A stretch of 63,772 nucleotides of DNA, the filler included, from Octopus bimaculoides (lineage: Eukaryota), in assembly GCF_001194135.2 (NCBI RefSeq). It is 5 parts of 4 records of this genome, joined end to end, with 100 filler letters (N's around TTAATTAATTAA, not from the genome) between each part and the next. Parts side by side here need not be neighbours in the genome. Positions count along the whole stretch, not along the records: positions 34,359 to 55,266 come from NC_068989.1; positions 55,367 to 62,538 come from NC_068988.1; positions 62,639 to 63,772 come from NW_026421109.1; 2 more parts are not named here. One strand, 5' to 3'. A model generated the notes under the pieces. It was not told the DNA's origin, made no database searches, and saw only the letters and a program-made list of their open reading frames with translations. The stretch's first letter is position 1. Every line of letters begins with the position of its first letter. The translations under genes were made by a program, and so were the position numbers. Positions 51,929 through 63,772 of the stretch are shown here, in pieces.

Positions 51929-54900
51929 ATATATGTATGTGTGTATATATATGACAACGGAAGACAATATAAGTTTTGTAATACTTACATAAGATAAACC
52001 GGCCGATGTTAAATCTACGGAGGGATACGACCGTAAATATGAAGTCATTTTGTTTGGTTCACGGAATTATAAAGAGAGAAATCGCCAAATAAACCGCTGA
52101 CCGATCGGTCTGTCTTTTTATTACTTATGTCATTGAATACTTGGAATATTCGTGCGAATATTCCTTCTGTTTATTTTCGTTTTCTGTGTGTATCAAGAAT
52201 TCAGCAGTTAGCTTCCTTTATTTTCTGTGTATATTTTGTTTGTGGTATGTCTTTTTTTTTTTTTATAACATTATCCGAAAATATAGATCCATTTCGATTG
52301 ATTTTTCTGTTTGGTAACAATAATAGTAATAACAGTAATATGATATAATATGATACAGTGTATGAGAGATAGATGCTCGGGGACCAAATCAAGCCAGTGA
52401 CCACATCTCAGAAACGTGTGTAAACAGAGAGAAAAAAGAAAGAAAAAAATGGACAAGCGTGAAGGCCTTTTCTTTCTGTCTATTTCTTTCAATCTCTGTC
52501 TCTCTCATATATATATTTTACTCCATTCTTTTCTGTCTCTCTTTCTAAATGTATATTTTCTTTTGCATCATGTTCAGTGTGTCTTCCTCTCTCGCTCTTT
52601 CTTTCTCTCTCTCTCTCTGTCTCTATCACGCACTCTATCTCTCACGTTTGTTCCCTATCTCTCTCTTTCTTTCAATCTGTCAATCTTTCGCGAAGCGGGT
52701 AAGGCAGAAGAAGAAGAAGAAGGAGAAAAATGACAAGGGAAGCTGTGAGGAAGATGTGAATAATATAAAAAGTCTTGTTTTAGGGAAGAAATCATGCAAA
52801 CATTAAAATGCCGTCGCGTTTTCTCGTATTCTATTCTCTTTTCGTTTATGTTTTCCCTTTCGTTTCGTTGTTGTTTTTCTAAACAGTTTCTCCTGTTTTT
52901 GTTTTTGTTGTTCTTCATAGCAGTAGTAGCGGATTTGGAGGACTTTTCGCTCGTTCTTTCGTTCGTTCGCTCGCTCCTTCGTTCGTTCGTTCCTTAGTTC
53001 TCACTCACTCACACACATTAAGCACACTGCATGTAATGATATATAAACTAATATTTTTAGACGAACTCGGGCAGTCAGACTAACAGACAGACAGACCGCC
53101 TAACTGACAGATAGACAGATAGATAGACATACAAACCGACAGACAGACAGCTTGTCAGGAGATGCTGGTAGTTAGACGGACTGACGAACAGACGAACAGA
53201 TAGGTGAAGCAAAAGGTAGGGAGTGGGTAGAAGGAGGAGTACTAGCTGTCAGGCTGGCAGACAGGCAAACAGGCGGCCTGCTCCCGTTCAACAGGCAAGT
53301 GTTGGATGGATGGATAGATGGATGGATGAAGAAGGTAGCTGGAGGAGATAGATAGATAGATAGATGGATAGGTTGTGCTTTGCCGGTTGCTGCCACATAC
53401 CACATTTTTTTCTTCATTGGGTGGGGTTAGGTGGGCCTCCCTTTACGCTGCTGGGCTGTGCGGCTGGTAGGCCTGGTGGCTGGTAACGAAACAGCTCTAA
53501 GCATAGCTATGATGGTTTGATGAAGTCTTAGGATGAAGTGGAAGAAAGATAGAGAGAGAGAGAGAGAGAGTGAGAGAGAGGGTAAGATGAAGAGATAGAT
53601 AAAGTGAATATGTGCGCGTGTGTGAAAAAGAAGAAAGAGAGAAAGAGAGAGAGGGGGGGGGGGGGCAAAGAGAGTAAGATATAGAATGTTTGTGATAATG
53701 AAATAGTAATAACAAATTTTCAAGTAGTTGATAGATACATACACTGAGAGAGAGAGAGAGNNNNNNNNNNNNNNNNNNNNNNNNNNNNNNNNNNNNNNNN
53801 NNNNNNNNNNNNNNNNNNNNNNNNNNNNNNNNNNNNNNNNNNNNNNNNNNNNNNNNNNNNNNNNNNNNNNNNNNNNNNNNNNNNNNNNNNNNNNNNNNNN
53901 NNNNNNNNNNNNNNNNNNNNNNNNNNNNNNNNNNNNNNNNNNNNNNNNNNNNNNNNNNNNNNNNNNNNNNNNNNNNNNNNNNNNNNNNNNNNNNNNNNNN
54001 NNNNNNNNNNNNNNNNNNNNNNNNNNNNNNNNNNNNNNNNNNNNNNNNNNNNNNNNNNNNNNNNNNNNNNNNNNNNNNNNNNNNNNNNNNNNNNNNNNNN
54101 NNNNNNNNNNNNNNNNNNNNNNNNNNNNNNNNNNNNNNNNNNNNNNNNNNNNNNNNNNNNNNNNNNNNNNNNNNNNNNNNNNNNNNNNNNNNNNNNNNNN
54201 NNNNNNNNNNNNNNNNNNNNNNNNNNNNNNNNNNNNNNNNNNNNNNNNNNNNNNNNNNNNNNNNNNNNNNNNNNNNNNNNNNNNNNNNNNNNNNNNNNNN
54301 NNNNNNNNNNNNNNNNNNNNNNNNNNNNNNNNNNNNNNNNNNNNNNNNNNNNNNNNNNNNNNNNNNNNNNNNNNNNNNNNNNNNNNNNNNNNNNNNNNNN
54401 NNNNNNNNNNNNNNNNNNNNNNNNNNNNNNNNNNNNNNNNNNNNNNNNNNNNNNNNNNNNNNNNNNNNNNNNNNNNNNNNNNNNNNNNNNNNNNNNNNNN
54501 NNNNNNNNNNNNNNNNNNNNNNNNNNNNNNNNNNNNNNNNNNNNNNNNNNNNNNNNNNNNNNNNNNNNNNNNNNNNNNNNNNNNNNNNNNNNNNNNNNNN
54601 NNNNNNNNNNNNNNNNNNNNNNNNNNNNNNNNNNNNNNNNNNNNNNNNNNNNNNNNNNNNNNNNNNNNNNNNNNNNNNNNNNNNNNNNNNNNNNNNNNNN
54701 NNNNNNNNNNNTATATATATATATATATATGTATGTACGTGTGTTTGTGTATGTATATATTGAATGATTATTTAAATATATAGATAGACAGGTAAGCAGG
54801 TAGGTCGTTAGAGAGTGAGCGAGTTACACAGGTATGTAGGCAGATAGACAGGTAACTCGATACAAGTATCAATCGGTATGCGATGTAGTTTGGTAAGCAG

Positions 54901-55134
54901 AAAGAAGCAGAGTTATACAGATGGATATTCAAGTATTGACGATAGGTAGATGCGATGAGATGATGAGGTAAATAGATAGGCATTAGTGACAGACAGACAG
55001 ACAACTAAAGGGATAAACAGGTAGAACGTAGGTAGATAAAATAGATAGGTGACTAAGTAGTCAAACTGTTAGCTAGCTAAATAGATAACCAGAAAAACAG
55101 AGAAATAGATATTTAAACAGACGGATAGCTAGAT

Positions 55135-55229
55135 AGATTCTTTATCCTTTACTTGTTTCAGTCACAGAACTCCAGCCATGCTGGAGCACCGCCTAAAATG
55201 ATTCGTCACCGAACGAAGCGATCCCAGGA

Positions 55230-55230
<1 letters not shown>
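55135..55230 (-). mobile_element. SINE family B tail
   Basis: CTTTTACTTGTTTCAGTCA...GCCATGCTGGAGCACCGCC. Confidence 0.75.
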
Positions 55231-55266
<36 letters not shown>

Positions 55267-55366
55267 NNNNNNNNNNNNNNNNNNNNNNNNNNNNNNNNNN
55301 NNNNNNNNNNTTAATTAATTAANNNNNNNNNNNNNNNNNNNNNNNNNNNNNNNNNNNNNNNNNNNN

Positions 55367-55400
<34 letters not shown>

Positions 55401-55543
55401 TGTATACAGACACACACACGTATATATAATGTATATATATGCATACAAATATATGTATATATGTATACATTTATATATATGTTTACACATATTCGCATAT
55501 ATATAAATACACACATACACACACACATACATACATACATACA

Positions 55544-55609
<66 letters not shown>

Positions 55610-55914
55610 CATACATACATATATATACATATATATATATACATACACACATACACACACATGACACATGTATGTATGTATGTATGTATGCATGTAGATA
55701 TATGAACATATATGCATATATATACGAGTGTGTTTGTAAATAGATATATGAATATATATTTATACATATACATATATATATATATTTATAATATGCAATA
55801 CATATCTAACTGTACATATATACATACACACACACACATATCACACACACATACACACACACACACACGTATATCACTCACACACATATATCACACACAC
55901 ACACACACGTACAC

Positions 55915-56520
55915 CTGAAACCCATCGACATGATTATCAATGCAGCTGAAGTCATAATGTCGCAAGCAATCAGACAGGATGCGGTGGCTGTGACCACCCG
56001 GCTCACCTGCATCACGTTCCACTTCCTTAGAAGCAGGAAAACTAACTCTGAACTGAGCCGGATAATTCTCTTTCATCTCTTATATCCTTGGATTTTATTC
56101 CCACTCACACCCACACATACTTCCTCTCACAAACGTAAATCACACATCTTATTCCTCTTCTTCACACAATCTCTCAACACTCATCTGTAATCTGTCTCTC
56201 TCAAGCTACGGTCTGTATCTAAACTTCACTGTAAATAGACACAGATTTAACCCCTGTCTCCAATCCATCTCCGTTGTCAAGGCTTTATTTTATTCTAATT
56301 TCTCTCTGGATGGTAGTGCATGGCGCTTACGTAGACTCCTCTCTGTCTGTTGCTCACCTCTCTCACAGCAAAAGGCTTCTAATCACATCTGGCTTAATGT
56401 CTTTCCTCTCCACTCTTCTTAATACATCTGCTTCCTCTACCTTTGTCCATAACTCTACCAGCCGCCAACAGTTATTCAACCAAATCACTTCCTGCATCAA
56501 GAACACCCCCACCTTCTCTT
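55915..56520 (-). mobile_element. Decayed RTE-type reverse transcriptase fragment
   Basis: Purine-skewed minus strand; DVIRSLL, WRQGLNLCLFTV (compare LRQGCxLSPCLF), CVKKRNK (compare VCKRRKLKVN). Confidence 0.45.
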
Positions 56521-57399
56521 TCTGTTCCCCTCTCTCTCTCCCCCTCCCTCTCTCTCTCTCTTTCACCCACTCTCTCTCTCTTCGTTCTTCTCTGAAACCA
56601 TCATCTTCGAAGACTTCGCTGTTCGCAATGCTCGTTGCTCCTCACTTACCCTATGCCGTTAATGTCGGTTCAGAAACCGAATCTTTCCGAAGTTTCAACG
56701 CTTTACATCATCATCACCATCACCATCATAATCGTCGTCGTCGACANNNNNNNNNNNNNNNNNNNNNNNNNNNNNNNNNNNNNNNNNNNNNNNNNNNNNN
56801 NNNNNNNNNNNNNNNNNNNNNNNNNNNNNNNNNNNNNNNNNNNNNNNNNNNNNNNNNNNNNNNNNNNNNNNNNNNNNNNNNNNNNNNNNNNNNNNNNNNN
56901 NNNNNNNNNNNNNNNNNNNNNNNNNNNNNNNNNNNNNNNNNNNNNNNNNNNNNNNNNNNNNNNNNNNNNNNNNNNNNNNNNNNNNNNNNNNNNNNNNNNN
57001 NNNNNNNNNNNNNNNNNNNNNNNNNNNNNNNNNNNNNNNNNNNNNNNNNNNNNNNNNNNNNNNNNNNNNNNNNNNNNNNNNNNNNNNNNNNNNNNNNNNN
57101 NNNNNNNNNNNNNNNNNNNNNNNNNNNNNNNNNNNNNNNNNNNNNNNNNNNNNNNNNNNNNNNNNNNNNNNNNNNNNNNNNNNNNNNNNNNNNNNNNNNN
57201 NNNNNNNNNNNNNNNNNNNNNNNNNNNNNNNNNNNNNNNNNNNNNNNNNNNNNNNNNNNNNNNNNNNNNNTCATCGTCGTTGTCGTCGTCATCATCATCA
57301 TCACCATCATCAACAACACTTCCATTATCGTCTTCAATTTTCACGATCCTGTGTGATGATTTAAAAAAAAAAATCATTATTGTTTTTCTATTCAGTCAC

Positions 57400-57800
57400 C
57401 ATTTTTTGTCGAACAACCAGTGGTTTTATCCTCTGCAGACATCCCTCACCTGGACACACAAACGCCAAACACTCTCGACCTTTTTCTCTCTTCCAGATTC
57501 AACTTATACCAAAACATGCTCCTCATGCAACGCTCCTCTACGTCACTAACTCTACGCCAATTTAGGTCAGCTGAATGGTCGTGGTTCCATCAATTCTATA
57601 CAAGTTATTTCGAGCAGCATTTGTATTTTACTCTTGATCCACCAGATAAAAAGCTAGAAAGGTGACTGAAATCATTCATTTTAAGCATATCCCTCCATAA
57701 CCACACAACCTAAAACTCACAATCCTAAGTGCCCCAAATGTTTTAATCATAGCTGTACTAGAAAAGTTCAGAAAGAAAGTCACCCACCCTGAAAACTAGA
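57400..57800 (+). mobile_element. CR1/Jockey-group LINE fragment (end of APE domain and linker)
   Basis: TPNTLDLFLS...RQFRSAEWSWFHQFY...HNPKCPKCFNHSC resembles xxLDLFLT...YxRADWxxLRxFF...PWFNxxC. Confidence 0.6.
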
Positions 57801-58249
57801 CGGAATTTACTTGACATTACAACTTTAGCAAGACTAGCACTGGAACTGCGAAGAGTGCCTTGCGCCATTTATCATGGTCTCTAACGCAATCCATTTCATT
57901 TGGTCCCACCACCTACATTGCGATATTTACTTTTTCGCTACTTAAACATCAGCGTTTACTGTTCCTGGTACCCCTGTGCAGAAACATTCTCCATTTACTG
58001 TCCTAAATAGCTTTGAGAGTTCTAGTTACATGCAGTTCTTGTCTTCTGAGAACTGATAATGCTCTCTTGCTATATGTAGTGATTGTGTTTTCGGTTTGCT
58101 GAAGGTAACAAAATAGGCATGACAATGAGACATTTTCCAGAACACTACATGAAATAATATTTATCCCTACTTAAACGTTGCTTAAGCAGAACAAACTTTA
58201 TTGCGATAGATACCCCGAGAGAAACTCTTATATTGGCCTTTGGTACAAA

Positions 58250-58500
58250 ATGCACGCTTGTTTATGCCTCTAGCAGGGAGATAATTCCTGGCCATCTCTA
58301 GCACCGAGCCCACCAGATCACGCGATTTCGACCTTCCTTGATATCGTCAATGATGGATGCTCAACCGCTAGAGATAGCAGCGACTCCCCACCAGCGTTGT
58401 ATAGAATAACAGTGTCAGGACAGGCACTACTGTCGCGATTAGCCAGTGAGCTTGTTAAAATATTGCCTCTGTCGCAAATAAACACTGTACATGAAGTCAG
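58250..58500 (-). mobile_element. Possible decayed RTE fragment
   Basis: ATVVPVLTLLFYTTLVGSRCYL*RLSIHH*RY...VLEMA resembles AVVLPTLLYGSETW..YRRHI.RL..FHQRCL...VLERA. Confidence 0.35.
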
Positions 58501-58781
58501 CACTGGTTTAGCGTTAATGTCTTGGTTTCATCTGAATGATGCGTAGTTCTAAAGAGCACCAATTCACTGGATCCCCTCCAGCCTGTTTTATCTCTAGTGT
58601 CCATAAATATAGACCAATCGATCTAACTGGGTAATCTTTCTTGCTTGTTTTATCTTAATTTTATCTTAACGGCCCTGGGAGAAGATTTTCTTCGAATAAT
58701 TAAATCGATAATTTCAGTTGATCTAAGTTTTTAAAACTTAGATCAACTATATTACATATATGAAAGCCTAACGCGTTAGAT

Positions 58782-59004
58782 CAGTGATACTCAACCATTT
58801 TTGTCTATTTGATTCTTATTTTACTCAACTCATTTCTTGTTTTTTTTTTAAAAAACCATATATTTTTATAATTAGATATTAAGAATTGTATAAAACATTG
58901 TTAAAATATTTTGTCTACTGTAGAAGTATAAGCAATTCAAATCTTAATAACAAAATCTTATATGGACCCCCAAGGGTCATATGAACTTCGGTTAAGGACC
59001 ACTG
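58782..59004. mobile_element. hAT-type MITE
   Basis: Termini CAGTGATACTCAACC / GGTTAAGGACCACTG resemble the hAT CAGTGGTTCTCAACC consensus; 8-bp flanks share only TTAG. Confidence 0.6.
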
Positions 59005-59577
59005 TATTAGCCCTTAAATATTTAAACCGTTGGTTGTTGAGCAAAAGTGGCTGTTGAATGGAAAAACAAAAATGATAATGTTTCAGAGAAATTCTTAAAA
59101 ACAAAATCAACCTATAACGTCATGAAGATTGAAGAAAATAAAAAATGACGATGCTGATGATGACAACAATGGCGACGACGATGCTGCAACTGCTGTTGAT
59201 GCTGCTGATGCTGAAGGTGATGGTGAGGCTAATTTTGTCGTTTGAAAATGAATTTTTAGGAAATGAGATTTATTAGTTCAACTTTTCATAAACACATTCA
59301 ATAAATGAATGAATAAATTAAAATATAAATTACAAAAATAGTCTTTTACAAAAAAAAAAAAATTAAACTTCTTAACAGTTTATTTTGACGGGGATTTTAT
59401 TCTTCTGTAAAATTTAGTTTCAATTAATTTTTTTACAGTGGAAAAAATAATAAATACAAAATAGTTTGAATATTTAGACACACACACACATACACATATG
59501 CATGCATGATTGTGTAGTATTTATATATATGTCTCTCTCTGTCTCTCTCTCTCTGTCTCTCTCTCTGTCTCTCTCTC

Positions 59578-59626
<49 letters not shown>

Positions 59627-60229
59627 ATGTGTATATGTGTGTGTATTTAAATTATAAATAAAAATAATATCCTGCGCGTTAGATTAGGTGTTTATGCGTT
59701 GATAAAAATACAAACCGCCGGCATTGACATATTCTCTTTCAGCTTCTACTGTCGTCTGCATTTTCTTTCTGTCTTTTATTGCTATTTTTTTCTCTGGCTT
59801 TGCTATGGCGTCTACATGTCTGCGTTCGCGAGTTCTGTGTCTCTAACGTATTAACGCTTTAAAACATCACCGCAGTCGCCTTTCTGCTTCCGGCCTTACA
59901 TCACGGATGAGCCATCTCTGTCCACAGCCATCTTGGATATCATATATTACGCTCAGCGTCAGTGTTTCTGCTGTTGAAGTATTGAAGTACCATTATCGCT
60001 TCCTCCTGTTGAAAGTTCCCAGTTATTTCATCATCAAATAATCTGCGACTCCTCACTGACTCTCTCGTATATTACGTCCGTCTACCCCTGACAACCATTC
60101 CAGTCTTTCAAGAAATTTTAGCCATCTGTCAATCTTCTAATTTATGTTACTGCTGTTGTTGACGATGATAATGTCTATCTCTCAGCATTGATAAAGCTGT
60201 CTTATGATAAATAACGTTTAAGACAAGAC

Positions 60230-60370
60230 CATCACGTCTTTGTGTATACCCACAACTAAATAACTCCGTATGATCTTAATTTTATCAAAGATAACAGGAT
60301 ATCATTGAAAGGGATTTGGCTGTTATTTCTCCCTAGTCGGATGACCGTAGAGAGGTCCTCGCGTTAGCGC
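60230..60370. mobile_element. Old repeat family E (opposite orientation to 48070)
   Basis: GGGATTTGGCTGTTATTTCTCCCTAGTCGGATGACCGTAGAGAGGTCCTC. Confidence 0.55.
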
Positions 60371-60599
60371 GTTGCTCTTTATGTTTTTGCTGTGTGTATA
60401 ACCGAAGAGATAGTGTAGGACATTCCATCAACGTGAAAGATCATTGGTTCGTGTCTTGTCACCGGTATTGTGTTGTGTCAACGAACAAATCTAATTGACC
60501 CAACTTGGGAACACATTCAGGTGGGCGTTTTGTGTATCATAAAGAAGAAATGACAACTAAATTCTTCCTCAAAGCACCATCTTAAATAATGAAGGATAC

Positions 60600-60840
60600 G
60601 TTGCCATCTTCAGTTCGGTTTTCGTGTCTATCCTCACCTTTGGTCATGGATGTTGGGTAATTAGCGAAAGAGTACGAACACGAATTCAAGCGGCCGAAAT
60701 GGGGTTCCTATGAAAGATCTCTGAAATAACGTTACTCGACAGAATACGTAGTTCAGAGATCAGAGAGTGTCTACGGGTCGAGCCGCTATTTCTCAGCATT
60801 GAAAGGTCACTGTTCGGTACAAGGGACATGTGTGATTTGA
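60600..60840 (+). mobile_element. RTE-clade LINE fragment
   Basis: SILTFGHGCWVISERVRTRIQAAEMGFL*KISEITLLDRIRSSEIRECLRVEPLFLSIERS. Confidence 0.85.
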
Positions 60841-60904
60841 AATTAGTAATGGAAGAATAATTGATCGATTTAACACCATATATTCGTTAGGGCGTTGGAC
60901 TCAG

Positions 60905-61160
60905 TGGAGGTGCGCAGCTTAGTGGCTAGGGTTTTTCGACACATGATCGTAAGATTGTGGTTTCGATTCCTGGACCGGACAACGCATTGTGTTCTTGAGC
61001 AAAACACTTCATTTCACGTTGCTCCAGTCTACTCAGCTGGCAAAAATGAGTAATCCTGCAACGGACAGTGGTCTCGTCCAGGTGGGGAATTTATACACCA
61101 TGGAAATCGGGAAACCGGCCCTTATGAACCGGTATGACTTGAAAAGGTAACTTTACCTTT
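60905..61160 (+). mobile_element. SINE family C, full-length
   Basis: GGAGGTGCGCAGCTTAGTGGCTAGGG...GTTTCGATTCCTGGACCGG...CTTGAGCAAAACACTTCATTTCACGTTGCTCCAGTC. Confidence 0.85.
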
Positions 61161-61213
61161 ATATCGAATTCTATATTTTGTCCGATCTTCCACCGAATCT
61201 CTACCAATCCGTG

Positions 61214-61520
61214 TGGGCGTGTGGCTTAGTAGTTAGGCTAATCGGCTTATGACAGTAAGGCCGTGAGTTCGATTCCTAGCGGTGCGTTTTGTCCTTGAGC
61301 AAGACACTCTATTTCACGTTGCTCCATTCCACTCAGCTGCCAAAAAATGTGTTGTGTCTGTAATTCAAAAGCCGGCCTTGTTATATTATGTATTACCCTG
61401 AATATCTCCGAGAACTACGTTAAGGGTATGCGCGTCTATGGAGTGCTCAGTTACTTCCTCATTAATTTCACCAACGGGCTTGAATCAACTCGTCGTCGAA
61501 ACCGACGGAGTGCCAGTGTA
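61214..61520 (+). mobile_element. SINE family D, full-length
   Basis: GGCGTGTGGCTTAGTAGTTAGG...GAGTTCGATTCC...GAGAACTACGTTAAGGGTA...CGTCGTCGAAACCGACGGAGTGCCAG. Confidence 0.85.
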
Positions 61521-61597
61521 TCAGTCCACTAACCTGGAGGGTACTTAAAGTATTGATGACAATAAACATAATAGAATCTGATTATTTGGCCATCAAT

Positions 61598-61654
<57 letters not shown>

Positions 61655-62283
61655 TTGTGCGTGAGTGAGTGTGCGCTCGTGTGTGTATGTCTGAACGTGT
61701 GTTTGTCTACTGATCAATAAAACAACATATTGACATTACGTGTGTTTGTGTGTGTGTTTTCAACCCTCTGGTGTTTTCCCCCTCTCTCCCTCTTTCTCCC
61801 CTTCTTTCTCTTCCTCTCCCTCCCTCCGCCTCCTTCTCACTCTCTCTCTCTCTCTCTCCCTCTCTCTGGCCAATCAAACAGCCAGGTTACAACAGCGGTG
61901 TATTAATGAATCAATTCATATGCAAAACAGCTCAAACTTCGTACATGTCGGAGCAGCAACAGCCCACGTAATAACGTTTCTGATTGTTTCTGTTTCTATT
62001 TAATTTCCTCTCTATATATTTACTCATCAAAATTCGCCTAAGGTTTTTCCACGTGCTTAATTAACAAATCTTGAAAGAACACAATGGCTCAGTCGCGCGC
62101 CACTGTCTCACACAAGATTTGCAGTATATCCTGTCGTATTGCATAGAACTTTGCTTCACTTAATAACCATACTTAATTAAAACATTGGTTGATTTACGTA
62201 TTTATCAATATATCGACTGCTTTACATCCCCATCCCCATCTCGTGATTTCAGGCCTTGTGCTTAAAACAGAAACGCTTGTTGC

Positions 62284-62344
<61 letters not shown>

Positions 62345-62347
<3 letters not shown>

Positions 62348-62538
62348 GTTCAGTAGTTTTATTTTTATAACGTGCTTTCACTTCACTACCGAGCGCAGCT
62401 CTGTGTGCCTTGGGTATGTGCTGTGGTTTGCTGTGATGCTCTTATGGTTACTGTATTGAAAGTGTTTTGCGTAGGATGTGTGCAGTGCCCAGTAGTGCAA
62501 TTTTCTGTATGTTATATATATTTGTAAGTCCTGGTGTT
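62345..62538 (-). mobile_element. Dong/R4-type retrotransposon 3' end at a (TAA)n repeat
   Basis: TPGLTNIYNIQKIALLGTAHILRKTLSIQ*, short 3' UTR, then directly (AAT)n at 62283-62346. Confidence 0.8.
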
Positions 62539-62653
62539 NNNNNNNNNNNNNNNNNNNNNNNNNNNNNNNNNNNNNNNNNNNNTTAATTAATTAANNNNNN
62601 NNNNNNNNNNNNNNNNNNNNNNNNNNNNNNNNNNNNNNATGTATGTATGTATG

Positions 62654-62681
<28 letters not shown>

Positions 62682-62684
<3 letters not shown>

Positions 62685-63170
62685 GTCCTTTTCTGTTTTT
62701 AATCAGTTGAATTCTTCCTCCGAGGAAGAAGCTGGTTTCTACCAATGAAACAAAGCTCCATCTTTGGAATGTAAATAACGTAAACAATGTCACATTTTAA
62801 AAATGTGAAAAGTCTTGCATAGCTTTACTCTTCCGCTTACAGATCGCATTTGTAATGTGCAAATCAGTTGATTGATTTCATTTTCTGAAAATCCATGCTT
62901 ATCCAGACAGACAGTCAGGCATTTACTTACAGAACCAAATGCACCAGTTATTATTGATATAAATGTAAATTTGTAATCCGGATATAGAAACCGGAAGATT
63001 CGAAGCAGTTGTCCATCTTTCTCTTCCATTTTCTTAAGAGATATTTACGTCAGTAGGACAGCTGACCTCTATGACGCTACATACTTTTTCTTGTCTATCC
63101 CAAACAACAATATCCGTCCTGTTAGGCTTACACTTGGCAGACTTTTTGATGGGAATTTTCCGGTGCTATG
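62682..63170 (-). mobile_element. R4-type retrotransposon 3' fragment at a (TACA)n repeat
   Basis: KCKPNRTDIVVWDRQEKVCSVIEVSCPTDVN...LYPDYKFTFISIITGAFG...GRVKLCKTF; homologous to 13003-13950; 3' end abuts (TACA)n. Confidence 0.85.
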
Positions 63171-63306
63171 AATATGTACATGTCTGCGTTTGTCTTCGTT
63201 CCTCACCATCGCTAAACGATAGAATAAGCGCTACCGTTTAAATATATAACAAAAAAGTATTGCAGTTGAGTCATACGACTAAACTTGAAAAGTTTAGTCG
63301 ATAGAG

Positions 63307-63355
<49 letters not shown>

Positions 63356-63772
63356 CGACGAGCTTCTTTCAGTCCACTGAGTGAAACCAATCAAAGAATC
63401 GTAAGTTCCACAAAGTTCTTCCTTCATAAACGAATCTTGTCTCTATTAAAATCGTCTTTAAATTCACCAAAATCTCATGAAACAGGAGCGAGAAATGTTG
63501 TTTCAACAACTTTGCTATGTTAAATCCCAAAAATTCTTGTCTGGATCTTTTAACAAAGTATTTGTTTGTTGTTTAAATCTAAACAAACCAGGGGGCGCTT
63601 TCGCATTTATGTCAACTTGTGACTTTGGCGTTGGAGATTCTCTTACGTCTAAACAAACATTCAGTTTCATTCATACATTGGAATATATACACCCCTCACT
63701 TTATATATGTTTGTTTATATGAATATATATATATATATATATTTGTATGTATGTGTATATATATATATATAT

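Noticed and set aside
58272-58547. About 90-codon open frame after a TAGCAG acceptor-like site
   Set aside because: No recognisable domain, no donor, length compatible with chance, and the opposite strand shows weak RTE similarity.
62345-63170. Two R4-type elements as one tandem locus
   Set aside because: They are separated by an artificial N44-TTAATTAATTAA-N44 join and have different C-termini and targets.

Overview
AT-rich, heavily gapped draft sequence from an animal genome. The SINE families, microsatellite load and LINE mix look like an octopod cephalopod such as Octopus (inference from recalled repeat families, not a database hit). I found no protein-coding host gene I can support. The long ORFs in the track are N-gap or microsatellite artefacts, and nearly every exon-like stretch I translated by eye resolved into a decayed LINE fragment. 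The window is a transposon graveyard: at least 4 tRNA-derived SINE families plus an older decayed repeat, about 12 RTE/CR1-type LINE remnants, three R4/Dong-type restriction-like-endonuclease retroelements sitting at microsatellites, three mariner-derived pieces, an internally deleted Helitron, several MITE/foldback elements and two hammerhead-ribozyme-like motifs of the Penelope type. The most interesting object is at 22501-22817: a Pol III tRNA-like head joined through an (AAT)n spacer to a minimal hammerhead ribozyme motif, with a perfect 23-bp inverted copy of the ribozyme 5' end at its start. This is a candidate ribozyme-carrying SINE/retrozyme-like element. Four N44-TTAATTAATTAA-N44 linkers are assembly joins, so adjacency across them is not guaranteed.
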